Source of the DNA: a virus
Taxonomy: Duplodnaviria; Caudoviricetes
Length of the DNA: 64,000 nucleotides
Virus record (IMG/VR): IMGVR_UViG_3300021387_000535
Location: 8,929 to 72,928 of that record
Direction: 5' to 3' (one strand)
This document shows positions 30,630-40,154 of this stretch, one piece after another; position 1 is the first letter of the stretch, and each line of letters opens with the position of its first letter. Below the pieces are notes generated by a model. It saw only the letters and a list, made by a program, of their open reading frames with translations. It did not search any database and was not told where the DNA came from. The translations under genes were made by a program, and so were the position numbers.

Positions 30630-30992
30630 TCATTTAAGCCCGTTTCCGCGCGTTCTAAGCGATTTTCTACCCGCGTGTGGGCAAGTTATCGGCTCACCAT
30701 CAGAAACGCCGTTAGAATCGATTTGCGTGCCTTTGTCGATTTCCACAACTGTCATCACGCAATATGTGGCTATATCAAGTAGGTTATCGCGCATACTTTC
30801 ATGGTATTTCATTTTCTGCCCCTTTAGCATGTTCTTGATGCGATTGAGCTTGTCGTTGATGCGCGCAACGGCTGGAACATAGCCAAACTCCGCGATGGTG
30901 TCGCCAAAGCTATTGCCATAGTCGGAATTCTTGGCTTCAAACGTTTGTAGCATTTCCTCCAATACGATGTCAAATGATTCAATACTTGCCAT
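30630..30992 (-). CDS. DUF1599/nucleotide-modification-associated all-alpha (MazG-like) protein
   Basis: KNSDYGNSF...RINDKLNR...ESMRDNLLDIATY motif. Confidence 0.7.
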   Translation of the reverse strand: MASIESFDIVLEEMLQTFEAKNSDYGNSFGDTIAEFGYVPAVARINDKLNRIKNMLKGQKMKYHESMRDNLLDIATYCVMTVVEIDKGTQIDSNGVSDGEPITCPHAGRKSLRTRGNGLK

Positions 30993-30995
30993 AAC

Positions 30996-31418
30996 TTAAC
31001 CCTTTCCTTTATTTTGTTTTTCGTAATCGAATAATATGCCGACTATTGCACGACAAATATCATGTGTTGACCTTTCCGTCGGTTTGGGAATCTTGTCGTA
31101 GTTGTGACATAGCCAATCCGCGAGTTTTTCCATACCGCCAAGCTTGGCTAATGAAACATCTTGTATGTCACTCGCCTTTTGGCACATGAACATATCACGT
31201 AGATACATTCCCCTTGTTATCGAACGCCCGTAAGTATGCTTTGCGACTACCCATACGCCCTCGTCGAGCGTGTCGTACAAACGCATGCTTATAGGCTCGT
31301 AGCAATACTTTTTACCACGGCGTACCTTTCGATACAACGCATTGTTGTAAGGAGGGCTTGGCTCAACGTACTCGACGTATCGTCCTTTTTCATTCTTGTA
31401 ATAAAGTTTTCTTTCCAT
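30996..31418 (-). CDS. Hypothetical protein
   Basis: 140-aa ORF downstream of the promoter at 31446. Confidence 0.55.
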   Translation of the reverse strand: MERKLYYKNEKGRYVEYVEPSPPYNNALYRKVRRGKKYCYEPISMRLYDTLDEGVWVVAKHTYGRSITRGMYLRDMFMCQKASDIQDVSLAKLGGMEKLADWLCHNYDKIPKPTERSTHDICRAIVGILFDYEKQNKGKG

Positions 31419-31445
31419 TTTGTGAACGTTTTATTTTTTTGTTTG

Positions 31446-31477
31446 CAAAGATAATTACTTAATTTCGATTCCGCAAA
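31446..31477 (-). promoter_or_regulatory. Bacteroidetes-type promoter
   Basis: TTTG-N20-TATCTTTG on the minus strand. Confidence 0.7.
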
Positions 31478-31497
31478 GATTTTTCGATATTTAACCA

Positions 31498-33570
31498 TTA
31501 GAACGGGGCTTCGTCGTATGTTGTTGCGGCGAAAGGCATTCCATCATCCGCGACCGCATTATCAAAAGCAACCACCGTTTGTGTTGCTTGTCTTTCCCAT
31601 CCATAGTGCACGTTTTCTTCTACCGTGTTCTTAAAGCGGCGGCTTTCAATTTCATATTGCATACCTACCATAAGGTCAACAACACCATAAAGTCTTTCTT
31701 TGCACACTTCAATGACATTTCCGAAACCTTGAAAACGCTGGATTTCGCTTTGCCCGAAAAACTCCGCACCAGCACGGAAAAAGTCATTATTCACACGATG
31801 GATTATAAATATTTTATCAACCGCATTTTGCAAATCCGATGTTCCGCTTATATCGTTTTTTCTAAGGAACGTGGTCACTTTCCTGGGGTGTGCAACCAAT
31901 ATGATGTGGACTTGGTTCTTTTTCGCAAAGTCCTTTATTTGTAAAATCAATTCACGTTGTTTGCTATTCTTGTCACCATCAAGAATGTCAATATCAAGGC
32001 TAAACAAATTATCCAAAGCAAAAACTTTTACACCAGCCTTTAACAACAATTCCATGTCGTGAAAGATTTGTTGCCATTTTGCCCCGTAATCGTTGTTGTA
32101 CAAGAAAAACTTTCCGTCTAACCATTGGTCTATACGTTCGGCTATATTGTTCGGCACATAATATTTTCCGTCACCATAGGTCGATTGTCGTAGGTTATTC
32201 TTACCTGCAGCAACCATTTGTACCCACGTTTTAAGAATGTCTGGCCGTAATTCTCCTGACCATAGCGCAACCTTTGCTCCTTGTTGTATTATATTTAGCA
32301 ATAATGTATTCAACCACGATGATTTACCACTTGCATTACTACCAGATAATATGGTTACTTCGGACATATAAAGACCGATTATGTTCTTGTCAAGTTCGGT
32401 AAAGCCAGTAGCATAATGTTCCAACTTTGACAAATCCACTTTTTGTATAGATGACATGGAAAGCCATTTTTCTCCAAGTTCTGGAATTTCTTCTTTTATT
32501 TCATACCTTGGTTTTTGTGGCGCATATTGACGTGGTGCATATTGCGGTTGATACACAGGCCTGTCATAAGCATTAGGCTCGTAGAACAAACGAAAATCTT
32601 TCCATCGTTTATCCTTACAATGCGAATGGGCGCACGTATATGTTATTTTCCCATCGGCATCTTGGAATAATGCAGATGAAAATGGATTGTTTGATGAATG
32701 AGTTTCGTGCCAAGGACACGTCTTTATTTCGTATTTTGTCGATGTTCCTTCTTGTTTTTTGCGATATTCTATACCATGTGACACCAACCAACTTTCCAAA
32801 TCAAAACGTTCGCCTACACGCAACATTTTTGCCATCGGTTTAGGCTCTTCTTTCTTTGGCAACAAGTCCGCAAGTTCCTTGAATTTCTCTATCGGTGTAA
32901 GATTCAATTCCTTTGGAACGTATATTATTTCCGACATACGCCACGGTCTATCTTGTAAGTTTGCACCCTTCTTTGCCATTGTTCCATACAACTTACAAAG
33001 ACGCGCAAGATTGAAAACCTTTGTGTCTATATCTACTTTATCGTCCGTATATACACTTGCAAGATATTCGTAGAACCGTTTCAACGTTTCCGTTGTTTCA
33101 ACATCGTTCGGCATATCCACCTTGTAAACAAGATGTAATCCGTTACCGCTCTTGCATATTATAGGCTCACTAAAACCACAACCACGAAGAAAGACAAATA
33201 CTTGCTGCGCTTTCTTGTGCGCGTATTCAAATTCTTCATTACTTGCGTTCGTGCCAGACTTTCTTACTGGGTCAAAATCCACAAATACAAAACAACGCTT
33301 AACTATATCGTTGTCGTTTGTCGTTATCTTTGGTGACTTGATTATTTTCTCACTTTGTTGTCTGCCATAACAAGCCGCATCAATTTTATTAAGAACAAAA
33401 TAAATTTGTTCGTCATCCATTTCGGCGTATGGCTTTATCGTGTCGATAAGTTTTTCAACGTTGCTAAAGTAACCGCTATATTGGAATCGCCCAAGAACAC
33501 GTACCTCGGTAAAGCCGTTTTCCTTAACAAATAAATCCCACCACTTTCGTATAGTATCTTCGTTTATCAT
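31498..33570 (-). CDS. AEP-type primase fused to DnaB/SF4 helicase
   Basis: FVDFD, SGNGLH and ARLCKLYGT primase motifs; CPWH...CAHSHC Zn site; Walker A GSNASGKS, Walker B ALDN, LVAHPRK, DISGT. Confidence 0.88.
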   Translation of the reverse strand: MINEDTIRKWWDLFVKENGFTEVRVLGRFQYSGYFSNVEKLIDTIKPYAEMDDEQIYFVLNKIDAACYGRQQSEKIIKSPKITTNDNDIVKRCFVFVDFDPVRKSGTNASNEEFEYAHKKAQQVFVFLRGCGFSEPIICKSGNGLHLVYKVDMPNDVETTETLKRFYEYLASVYTDDKVDIDTKVFNLARLCKLYGTMAKKGANLQDRPWRMSEIIYVPKELNLTPIEKFKELADLLPKKEEPKPMAKMLRVGERFDLESWLVSHGIEYRKKQEGTSTKYEIKTCPWHETHSSNNPFSSALFQDADGKITYTCAHSHCKDKRWKDFRLFYEPNAYDRPVYQPQYAPRQYAPQKPRYEIKEEIPELGEKWLSMSSIQKVDLSKLEHYATGFTELDKNIIGLYMSEVTILSGSNASGKSSWLNTLLLNIIQQGAKVALWSGELRPDILKTWVQMVAAGKNNLRQSTYGDGKYYVPNNIAERIDQWLDGKFFLYNNDYGAKWQQIFHDMELLLKAGVKVFALDNLFSLDIDILDGDKNSKQRELILQIKDFAKKNQVHIILVAHPRKVTTFLRKNDISGTSDLQNAVDKIFIIHRVNNDFFRAGAEFFGQSEIQRFQGFGNVIEVCKERLYGVVDLMVGMQYEIESRRFKNTVEENVHYGWERQATQTVVAFDNAVADDGMPFAATTYDEAPF

Positions 33571-33749
33571 CACAAATTTGCTATTTCGTTGTCAATTTCA
33601 ATAATTGTTTTCTTAGCAAGCGAAACCGCAGCATCAAGAATTATCCCGTTGCTTGTAAATATCGTAAAGTCGCTAACGTATATAAAGTTCGCAAGTTGTT
33701 CCCTACGTTTTATAAGCGCATTATATTTTTGAACTTGTTGCTCTGTCAT
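33570..33749 (-). CDS. Hypothetical protein (59 aa, MTEQQVQK...)
   Basis: Translated by hand; overlaps both neighbouring genes at its start and stop. Confidence 0.55.
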   Translation of the reverse strand: MTEQQVQKYNALIKRREQLANFIYVSDFTIFTSNGIILDAAVSLAKKTIIEIDNEIANL

Positions 33750-34585
33750 TGCTTCTTGTATTTTTCGCTAATTATACAGGGGATAGCGTTTTCCCATTTA
33801 ATTCTATGGTGTAATCTTTGAATATGACTACCCATTGGTGCGATTTGAACACATGATGGTGCAACCATAACTGTATAAAATGATTTAACATAAGTCCCAA
33901 CATCTTTGTAAAGTTCCGTTATACCTCCCTTGTTTTGTTGTGTATCTGCTTGGTCTAATTGAAACGGCAAATAAGTAAGGAAAATATCTCCAGTTGCTCC
34001 AAGACCAACATAAGTATTTACAACTTCATTAAGAATACCCCTAAACGAAAATGGTCTATTTGTTAGGCAAATAAAACTATTCATTGCTTTACGTTTCCAA
34101 ATTACAGTTTCGTCATAACCGCCTATATGGTCTCCACCTTGACTAAAAGCGATAGTTTTTACATTTTCATTTGTGTTTAATAAAAACTCAACAAACCATC
34201 TAATTATAAGATTATAAGAACAAGTTTTTTTTGCACGTTCTTTGCGATGATGCCCAAAATAATAATAATCGTCATCCAATTCTTGAAAATAATCATATCC
34301 CAATTCCCTTGCTATATCAAAACACACATTTCTTGCAAATAAAATTGCATTTCTCTTTCCAAAATTATTCATGGAATCTACATGTCTTGATGTTTCAAGT
34401 TTGTCAAATACATAAACATTTTCTTTTCCGTATTCATTGTAATACTCGTTTATTGTAGAATCTTCGTTATCACAAACCACAATTATTCTACCAGTATATC
34501 CACAAGAACGCAGTAAATCATAAGTATCTCTAAGATGTGGTCTTCCGTGTGAAAGTATAAAAACCACAAATTTTCTAAAATCCAT
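33746..34585 (-). CDS. GT-A fold glycosyltransferase (TET-associated/GREB1-like type)
   Basis: VFILSHGR start motif, ARNVCFD, ELDDDY DxD motif, AFSQGGD, KAMNSF, NEVVNTY, KSFYTVM, RLHH. Confidence 0.7.
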   Translation of the reverse strand: MDFRKFVVFILSHGRPHLRDTYDLLRSCGYTGRIIVVCDNEDSTINEYYNEYGKENVYVFDKLETSRHVDSMNNFGKRNAILFARNVCFDIARELGYDYFQELDDDYYYFGHHRKERAKKTCSYNLIIRWFVEFLLNTNENVKTIAFSQGGDHIGGYDETVIWKRKAMNSFICLTNRPFSFRGILNEVVNTYVGLGATGDIFLTYLPFQLDQADTQQNKGGITELYKDVGTYVKSFYTVMVAPSCVQIAPMGSHIQRLHHRIKWENAIPCIISEKYKKQ

Positions 34586-34586
34586 T

Positions 34587-34985
34587 TTAAGCAAGTTCGA
34601 GTTCATATAATTTCTTCATTTTATCATTCAACGAAACAAAACCTAATTCAATAGCCTTATCAAAATCTATTATCACAAGTGCAAGTTTTTCCATAAGTTC
34701 TTGCATTTCGCTGCTTGCGCTTGCGTAATAATCGGCTATTGACTCATAATTAAATTCAATAAACCTTGAAGCAGCCCTTTGCAAAAATATCTTTTCCTGC
34801 TGTGTTATATTAGCATTCTCTATTTGCCTAATAAGCCTCAGATATTTTTGGTCGTCATAACAAGCGTGAATATTCCCCCCATTTTCTCTTGGTGTATAAA
34901 TTGGGGTTTGTACTTTGCGAGAATATTTCTTTTCGGTATCGCTTAATTCAATTTTTTCGTAGCCAAATAAATCTTGTTGTTTCAT
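34587..34985 (-). CDS. Glycosyltransferase partner protein of unknown function
   Basis: 132 aa coupled to the GT; KYSRKVQTPIY and FNYESIADYYA...LALVIIDFDKAIELGF motifs. Confidence 0.6.
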   Translation of the reverse strand: MKQQDLFGYEKIELSDTEKKYSRKVQTPIYTPRENGGNIHACYDDQKYLRLIRQIENANITQQEKIFLQRAASRFIEFNYESIADYYASASSEMQELMEKLALVIIDFDKAIELGFVSLNDKMKKLYELELA

Positions 34986-34997
34986 AGCTTTATATTT

Positions 34998-35876
34998 TTA
35001 TATTTTATTCCACATTTTGTTATTACTATCCCAAACAATAAAACCGCCACCATTTCCAAGAAACACCTTTGCGCCGTTAGGACGGTTTTCATCGGTATAT
35101 CCATCCGAAACATGGCCATAGTACATTCCAACATAAACATAGCAATTAAAGTAATCGCTCCATGATAAAGCACCGTCGCATATTGGCGTGTATTCGTCCG
35201 TTTTTATATCCTCACCAACGGTAACGTATAATTCCCATGCACGTTGTTTGCCAAGATAGGTTTGTAGCATCTTTGGTTCTGGAAAGAATTTCTTTTGTGC
35301 TTTTGCTTGATTACGTGCCTTTGTTTCGCGTTGTACGGCCAATTCAAGATACGGCAATACTTTTTGCCAATCCTTATGTCGTTTGGTAAAATCTTTATAT
35401 TCCGTATCAATGCCACGCGACTTTCCTCCCATTTTCTTGTATGCGGAAACAAACTCGGCAAACTTTTCTTTATATTCTTTTTCTTCTTTCTTTATTTCTT
35501 TATCAAAGATATTCTTAGTATTACGAATAATATTATTATTAGTATTTATTTGTGATTGATTATCCACATTAAGGTTTTCCATATTTGGGTTTTCGTAAAA
35601 AGTATAGTCGTTTCCTAAAATCATTCCCTTTTCGTTTCTATTAGTTACAACCTTGCAATATCCGCGTTCTTTAAGTTCATCTATTGCAGAATAAACGGCG
35701 GTTGTTCCTTCCTTAATAGTCGCACAAATCCCCTTTATTGAAAAATCCCAATTTTCTGGTAAAGACAAAATAGTAGCCAACAATCCCTTCGCTTTCAATG
35801 ATAGTTCTTTGTCGCGCAAGAACACGTTGGATATTGTCGTGTAATTGGCATTTTTAATTCTTGTTACTTTGTTCAT
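34998..35876 (-). CDS. Replication initiator / replisome organizer (N-terminal winged HTH)
   Basis: NYTTISNVFLRDKELSLKAKGLL...SAIDELKERGY. Confidence 0.75.
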   Translation of the reverse strand: MNKVTRIKNANYTTISNVFLRDKELSLKAKGLLATILSLPENWDFSIKGICATIKEGTTAVYSAIDELKERGYCKVVTNRNEKGMILGNDYTFYENPNMENLNVDNQSQINTNNNIIRNTKNIFDKEIKKEEKEYKEKFAEFVSAYKKMGGKSRGIDTEYKDFTKRHKDWQKVLPYLELAVQRETKARNQAKAQKKFFPEPKMLQTYLGKQRAWELYVTVGEDIKTDEYTPICDGALSWSDYFNCYVYVGMYYGHVSDGYTDENRPNGAKVFLGNGGGFIVWDSNNKMWNKI

Positions 35877-36030
35877 ATAGCAGTTTTATTAAAAACCTAA
35901 TGGGCAATACTACTCGTTGCTGCTATTCAACTTTCATATCGCCCATTTCGGCAAAAATAGTTATAACTTTATATCTTTACGTCTTTGCGTCTAAATAGCA
36001 GACAACGCATCAACGATTAAATTCTTTGTG

Positions 36031-36062
36031 CAAAGATAACACATCTAACCTATATATGCAAA
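36031..36062 (-). promoter_or_regulatory. Promoter for the initiator operon, with hairpin leader (AATGGGC/GCCCATT, ~35899-35947)
   Basis: TTTG-N20-TATCTTTG on the minus strand. Confidence 0.7.
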
Positions 36063-36075
36063 TTTTTAACCTACA

Positions 36076-36819
36076 TTAACCAAATAGGCTCGTTTGCACT
36101 ATGGTTTGCCCGTTTTTATCTTTTATAATGCCGTGGCATAACCTTTCAAATCGCTCATTGCCCTTGTTAAAATATAGCGGCTCTACCTCGCAACCCACAT
36201 AATCAAAACCCATCTTATAGGCGGCAACCCTACTCGATTGGCTACCCATCATAGGGTCGAATATCAAATCACCATCATTGGCATAGTTCTTCAATATCCA
36301 CGCATACAAATCGACTGGCTTTTGCGTGGGATGGAAACGAACATCATCCTTCGTGCTTTGTTGCCTAAACTCGACAATCTTTGCATTGCCTTGGAACGAC
36401 GTCCAAGCATACTCACACATCGCCATAGAGAAATTCTCTGGTATGTGCTTCTTCCATACTAAAAAACATCGCGTAGGCGGCATGCCGCTAAAATAATTAG
36501 CACCCCATATAATCTGGTTCTTGCTAACACGGAATAATTGCTCAAAGAACTCATCACTAGGCGTTTTATCCCACTCGTTAATGTCAATGGAAACGCCATC
36601 GATATTGCGATAACGATTAAAACGCCCCTTGTGGAAACGACCGCCCTTGATGAATGCTTCACTATTGTCATGCGAGTACGGAGGGTCAGCTATCGCCAAA
36701 TCAAAGTAATCGTCTTTTAGTGTGCGCATAAAAGTTACACAGTCAACATTATAAACATCCGACTTAATTTCTTTCTTCGTATTTCCATTCATATCCTTTG
36801 TGATGTTTTCTTTTTCCAT
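36076..36819 (-). CDS. DNA amino-methyltransferase (m6A/m4C, beta class)
   Basis: ADPPY catalytic motif, HPTQKP, IFDPMMGSQSS SAM-binding motif. Confidence 0.9.
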   Translation of the reverse strand: MEKENITKDMNGNTKKEIKSDVYNVDCVTFMRTLKDDYFDLAIADPPYSHDNSEAFIKGGRFHKGRFNRYRNIDGVSIDINEWDKTPSDEFFEQLFRVSKNQIIWGANYFSGMPPTRCFLVWKKHIPENFSMAMCEYAWTSFQGNAKIVEFRQQSTKDDVRFHPTQKPVDLYAWILKNYANDGDLIFDPMMGSQSSRVAAYKMGFDYVGCEVEPLYFNKGNERFERLCHGIIKDKNGQTIVQTSLFG

Positions 36820-37252
36820 TACAACATTTTGCTATTAGTTGGTTGGTGAAACCGTCTTTTTCCGCTTCTCTCGCAGAGCGATAACGCTTTATAACAACTC
36901 CGTTGAGTAACCTTTCAACGGGTCGCTCACGTTTGTTTAATCCATTTCTATATGCGTGTATTAAATTCTCGCTATAAGTACACCATTCGAGATTGTCAAC
37001 GCGGTTATTTTGCTTGTCCCCATCTTTGTGATTTATACACGGATATATGTTTGGATTTTGTATAAAATGTTCAGCCACAATTCTGTGTATATTATAAGTT
37101 CTACCATCAATTTTCACATTTAGATAGCCACTCTTTTGTAGTTGAGGGATAATTTTCCTGCCGCTACGCAAAGAATAAACATTCCCGAAACTACTTATGC
37201 GGTATCTATCCTCAAAGTTTTTTATAGGTAGCCATTTTTCAGTATCTATCAT
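36764..37252 (-). CDS. NUMOD4-HNH-NUMOD1 homing endonuclease
   Basis: WLPIKNFEDRYRISSFG; HRIVAEHF; INHKDGDKQNNRVDNLEW. Confidence 0.9.
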   Translation of the reverse strand: MIDTEKWLPIKNFEDRYRISSFGNVYSLRSGRKIIPQLQKSGYLNVKIDGRTYNIHRIVAEHFIQNPNIYPCINHKDGDKQNNRVDNLEWCTYSENLIHAYRNGLNKRERPVERLLNGVVIKRYRSAREAEKDGFTNQLIAKCCNGKRKHHKGYEWKYEERN

Positions 37253-37366
37253 TGTTTTATAAAAAAATCCCCAAGTGTTCAGAGTATGGGTCGAGCATAC
37301 ACCTACTTACAAGGGAATTAAGTATTTCTATTCGGATTCTCGACCAATCCAATCAACTTTCTTATG

Positions 37367-37398
37367 CAAAGGTACTAATAATTCCGCATATAGCCAAA
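37367..37398 (-). promoter_or_regulatory. Promoter upstream of the HNH gene
   Basis: TTTG-N20-TACCTTTG on the minus strand; GGTCGAG/CTCGACC leader hairpin downstream. Confidence 0.65.
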
Positions 37399-37451
37399 CG
37401 AACAAATTGCATTTTACTTATATTTGCAAAACGAAATCAATATTGTAAACT

Positions 37452-37847
37452 TCACTTCTTAATTCTTTCATCTTTCTTTTGTTTCGCTGCATACAACATC
37501 GCACTAACCTTGGAATAAATACCAACGTGCCGTAGCTTCTTTATCTTATCAAAATCACCGTCATCATTCGCTTGACGATAAGACTTACAAAGCATCTTTG
37601 GGACATCCAAACGCGATATTCGCTCATCATCACACAAACGACTCAACATGCTTACTTCTTTCTCCGTCGCCACACACTCTCCGCGCATGTTGTCGGATAT
37701 GATGCCATCAAGCCAAGTACCTAAACCGTGCTTCGTCGCCATGTGCCGCAGCCGTGATAGATAACTACGGCACATGGCTTGAAGAGATTCGTTACGAAGA
37801 TAATCCATAAAACCCTCTTTTGCTTTCGTAAACGAACATAACATCAT
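37452..37847 (-). CDS. Hypothetical protein
   Basis: 131-aa ORF coupled to DUF3127. Confidence 0.55.
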   Translation of the reverse strand: MMLCSFTKAKEGFMDYLRNESLQAMCRSYLSRLRHMATKHGLGTWLDGIISDNMRGECVATEKEVSMLSRLCDDERISRLDVPKMLCKSYRQANDDGDFDKIKKLRHVGIYSKVSAMLYAAKQKKDERIKK

Positions 37848-38200
37848 TAGAACGGCAAACCGTCGTTAGAAGCTTGAGGACTCACCACCTGCGGTTGTGG
37901 CTTCGACGGCGGAGCTACCTCTTGATTTACTCCGCCAACCAACGACACACGATAGGCCACGACATCGTTGAACCACTTGCCATTCCACTCACGCGCACTT
38001 ATGTCAAAAAACACTTGCACATCCTTTCCCGTCATAATACCCATCTGCGACCATTTCTCTTCACCGAAGACTACAAACGCACACTTCTTCGGGTACTCAC
38101 CTCGCGTCTCTATCACAAAGCCGTTTTTGACAATCTCACCATTCTTGCCGTTGAAACGTTGCGTCTCCAAGACGGCAATAACTTTTCCTGTAATATCCAT
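37847..38200 (-). CDS. DUF3127 family SSB-like protein
   Basis: GEYPKKCAFVVFG, FDISAREWNGKWF, tail ending DGLPF. Confidence 0.8.
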   Translation of the reverse strand: MDITGKVIAVLETQRFNGKNGEIVKNGFVIETRGEYPKKCAFVVFGEEKWSQMGIMTGKDVQVFFDISAREWNGKWFNDVVAYRVSLVGGVNQEVAPPSKPQPQVVSPQASNDGLPF

Positions 38201-38284
38201 AAAACTATATTTTAAAATAAACTTAATTGTTGCTTTTCTAACATGATTCTTTTGTTTGCCTTTTCATAATATCCTTTGCTCAAT

Positions 38285-38506
38285 TCAAAGCCGCCGCATC
38301 CGCTTGTCGAAGATGCGCGTAAAAAACAGGTAGCGGATGCGACGCGGCGACGTGTAGTCCGCCCAGTGGAAGACGGGCAGCCGCCTCGCCTTCAGCACCG
38401 GCCGCCGCAGCGTGTCGAGGTGGTGCCGCCACCAGACGGTGGCCGTCTCTCGGTCGCGCTCCAGTTCGGCATACACCTCCGCGTGGGTCATGGTTTGTGT
38501 GAGCAT
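38285..38506 (-). pseudogene. Probably truncated hypothetical gene at the edge of the GC-rich block
   Basis: GC-rich ORF stops abruptly where composition turns AT-rich. Confidence 0.4.
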
Positions 38507-38513
38507 GATTCTA

Positions 38514-38548
38514 AGTTAAGAGTTAAGAGTGAAGAGTGAAGAATTTGC
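38514..38548. repeat. Heptamer tandem repeat AAGAGT(T/G) followed by AAGAATTTGCTACCGC
   Basis: aagagtt-aagagtg-aagagtg-aagaatttgctaccgc. Confidence 0.7.
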
Positions 38549-39204
38549 TACCGCACCAGCTCGAAGGTGTAGGCGAATACCCACGGGTTGCTGTTCCATG
38601 TACCACGCTTGCATACTTTATCAATGAGCGACTGAAAAGCGAGCCGTGGAGTCTTGAACGTGATATGGTTTGGAACGTCACCCCACTCGTCGAAGTAATA
38701 CTTATCCCATGTATTCATGAACTCGCCCTCATGTATGCCCTCACGCATGATGTCGGCCTCGCTGATGCTTTGCAAGCGTTCAGCCTTGATGCTCTTAATG
38801 CGGATACGGTTCGGGCAGTAGTAGGCACTCACAAACATCTTGTTTTCCCAACCGCCTGAATCCATGAGTTCTCCGATATACTGACCATTCGCCTCCAGTT
38901 GAGAGTCAAGCCATTCTCGGTTCTGCTGAGCTGTCACCTTGTAGGGCTGTGCGATGGCTATTTCTTCCCCCACCCTGTAGGCAGGCTGATTATCCTTTGG
39001 CACCAGGTAGCCGTTGCGCCCTATCTGGAACAGAGCCGTGCCGTCGCTCGCTATAAACATATCGTCGGGCTCTATGGCTTCCATTGTGCCGTTCTCTAAC
39101 TTGCGGTGCAATGTCAGCGTACAAATGCGCCGCGTCATGTCCTTTGTCCCATCGAGCACTGACTGCTGGAGTCCGAAGTGCTCGTTAAACATTATCTTCT
39201 TCAT
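38548..39204 (-). CDS. ASCH/PUA-like phage protein
   Basis: VLDGTKDMTRR, YRVGEEIAI, IRIKSIKAERLQSISEADI, WNSNPWVF. Confidence 0.65.
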   Translation of the reverse strand: MKKIMFNEHFGLQQSVLDGTKDMTRRICTLTLHRKLENGTMEAIEPDDMFIASDGTALFQIGRNGYLVPKDNQPAYRVGEEIAIAQPYKVTAQQNREWLDSQLEANGQYIGELMDSGGWENKMFVSAYYCPNRIRIKSIKAERLQSISEADIMREGIHEGEFMNTWDKYYFDEWGDVPNHITFKTPRLAFQSLIDKVCKRGTWNSNPWVFAYTFELVR

Positions 39205-39206
39205 GG

Positions 39207-39545
39207 CTATTCAAGCTTGATAAATTCCTCGAACTCCTTTTGCTCTATCTCGTCGAGTCTTTTTGCAAGTTTCTCGCCTACGCGGATAGCCTGCTCGATG
39301 ACTCTATCTTCGGCTTCCTCATCATTTACAAAATAATGAGCGAAATGCCCATTGATGACAGAGTTCGCCACATAGAAACGACGGTCAATCATTGCCGCCT
39401 TTCGCCCCATATCGTAGGCAAGCACGGCTTCATTTACGGCATTCATCATCGAAACGACTTCCATTCCGCACTCCATCTTGGCGGCAGGTATAGCCATTTT
39501 CTTGATGCGAGCCACAATCATGTTAGTGTCACTTGTCAGTTTCAT
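39207..39545 (-). CDS. Hypothetical protein
   Basis: 112-aa ORF in the operon. Confidence 0.55.
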   Translation of the reverse strand: MKLTSDTNMIVARIKKMAIPAAKMECGMEVVSMMNAVNEAVLAYDMGRKAAMIDRRFYVANSVINGHFAHYFVNDEEAEDRVIEQAIRVGEKLAKRLDEIEQKEFEEFIKLE

Positions 39546-39640
39546 AGTTCCTTGAAATTCGTGTAAATCCGTGATAATTCGTGTTCAAAAAAGTGAAATC
39601 GGCGGCAAAAACCGTTGCCTGTCGCCGATTCCGTCAGGGT

Positions 39641-40123
39641 TCACTCAGCCGTGTCGGTGTCCGGCTCCTCGATGTCGATTTTGAGGTTCGCCTCCTTCGC
39701 CTCGATGCGGAGCCGCTGTGTCAGCACGTCCAGATAGTCGTGCATCGCCTGGTGCTGACGGAAGAGCAGCGTGCGGCTGGTCTCCGACAACAGCTGGCAC
39801 TTGTCCGACGCCAAGAAGTCCGACATCCGCTCGTACCTGCCGCGCAACTCGTCCTCACCGTGTCCGAGGGTGATGGTGCCCTTGCCGTCCTTGACGGTCA
39901 GCGTGGCGGGCACGCCCTTGGTCAGCTGCTCCAGCAAACCGATGACCGCCTTGCCAGTCCTGTCCGCCATGCGTCCCAACTGCCCCACACGATAGAGCGC
40001 GTAGGCCATCAGCGCACCGAAGCTCGCCATCAGCACGTCGCCCATGCAAAAGTTAATCACTGCGACCGTGTACATCGCCACGGCCAGAACCGAAAGAAGA
40101 ATAATCACTGTCTTGTTCTTCAT
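39641..40123 (-). CDS. Membrane-anchored hypothetical protein with C-terminal helical hairpin
   Basis: Two N-terminal TM segments; LLFRQHQAMHDYLDVLTQR helix. Confidence 0.55.
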   Translation of the reverse strand: MKNKTVIILLSVLAVAMYTVAVINFCMGDVLMASFGALMAYALYRVGQLGRMADRTGKAVIGLLEQLTKGVPATLTVKDGKGTITLGHGEDELRGRYERMSDFLASDKCQLLSETSRTLLFRQHQAMHDYLDVLTQRLRIEAKEANLKIDIEEPDTDTAE

Positions 40124-40154
40124 CTTGCTTGTTGTTTTTTTAATTGTTGAAAAA

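Noticed and set aside
34982-35173. 63-aa ORF from the track
   Set aside because: It overlaps the initiator gene in another frame and is a shadow ORF.
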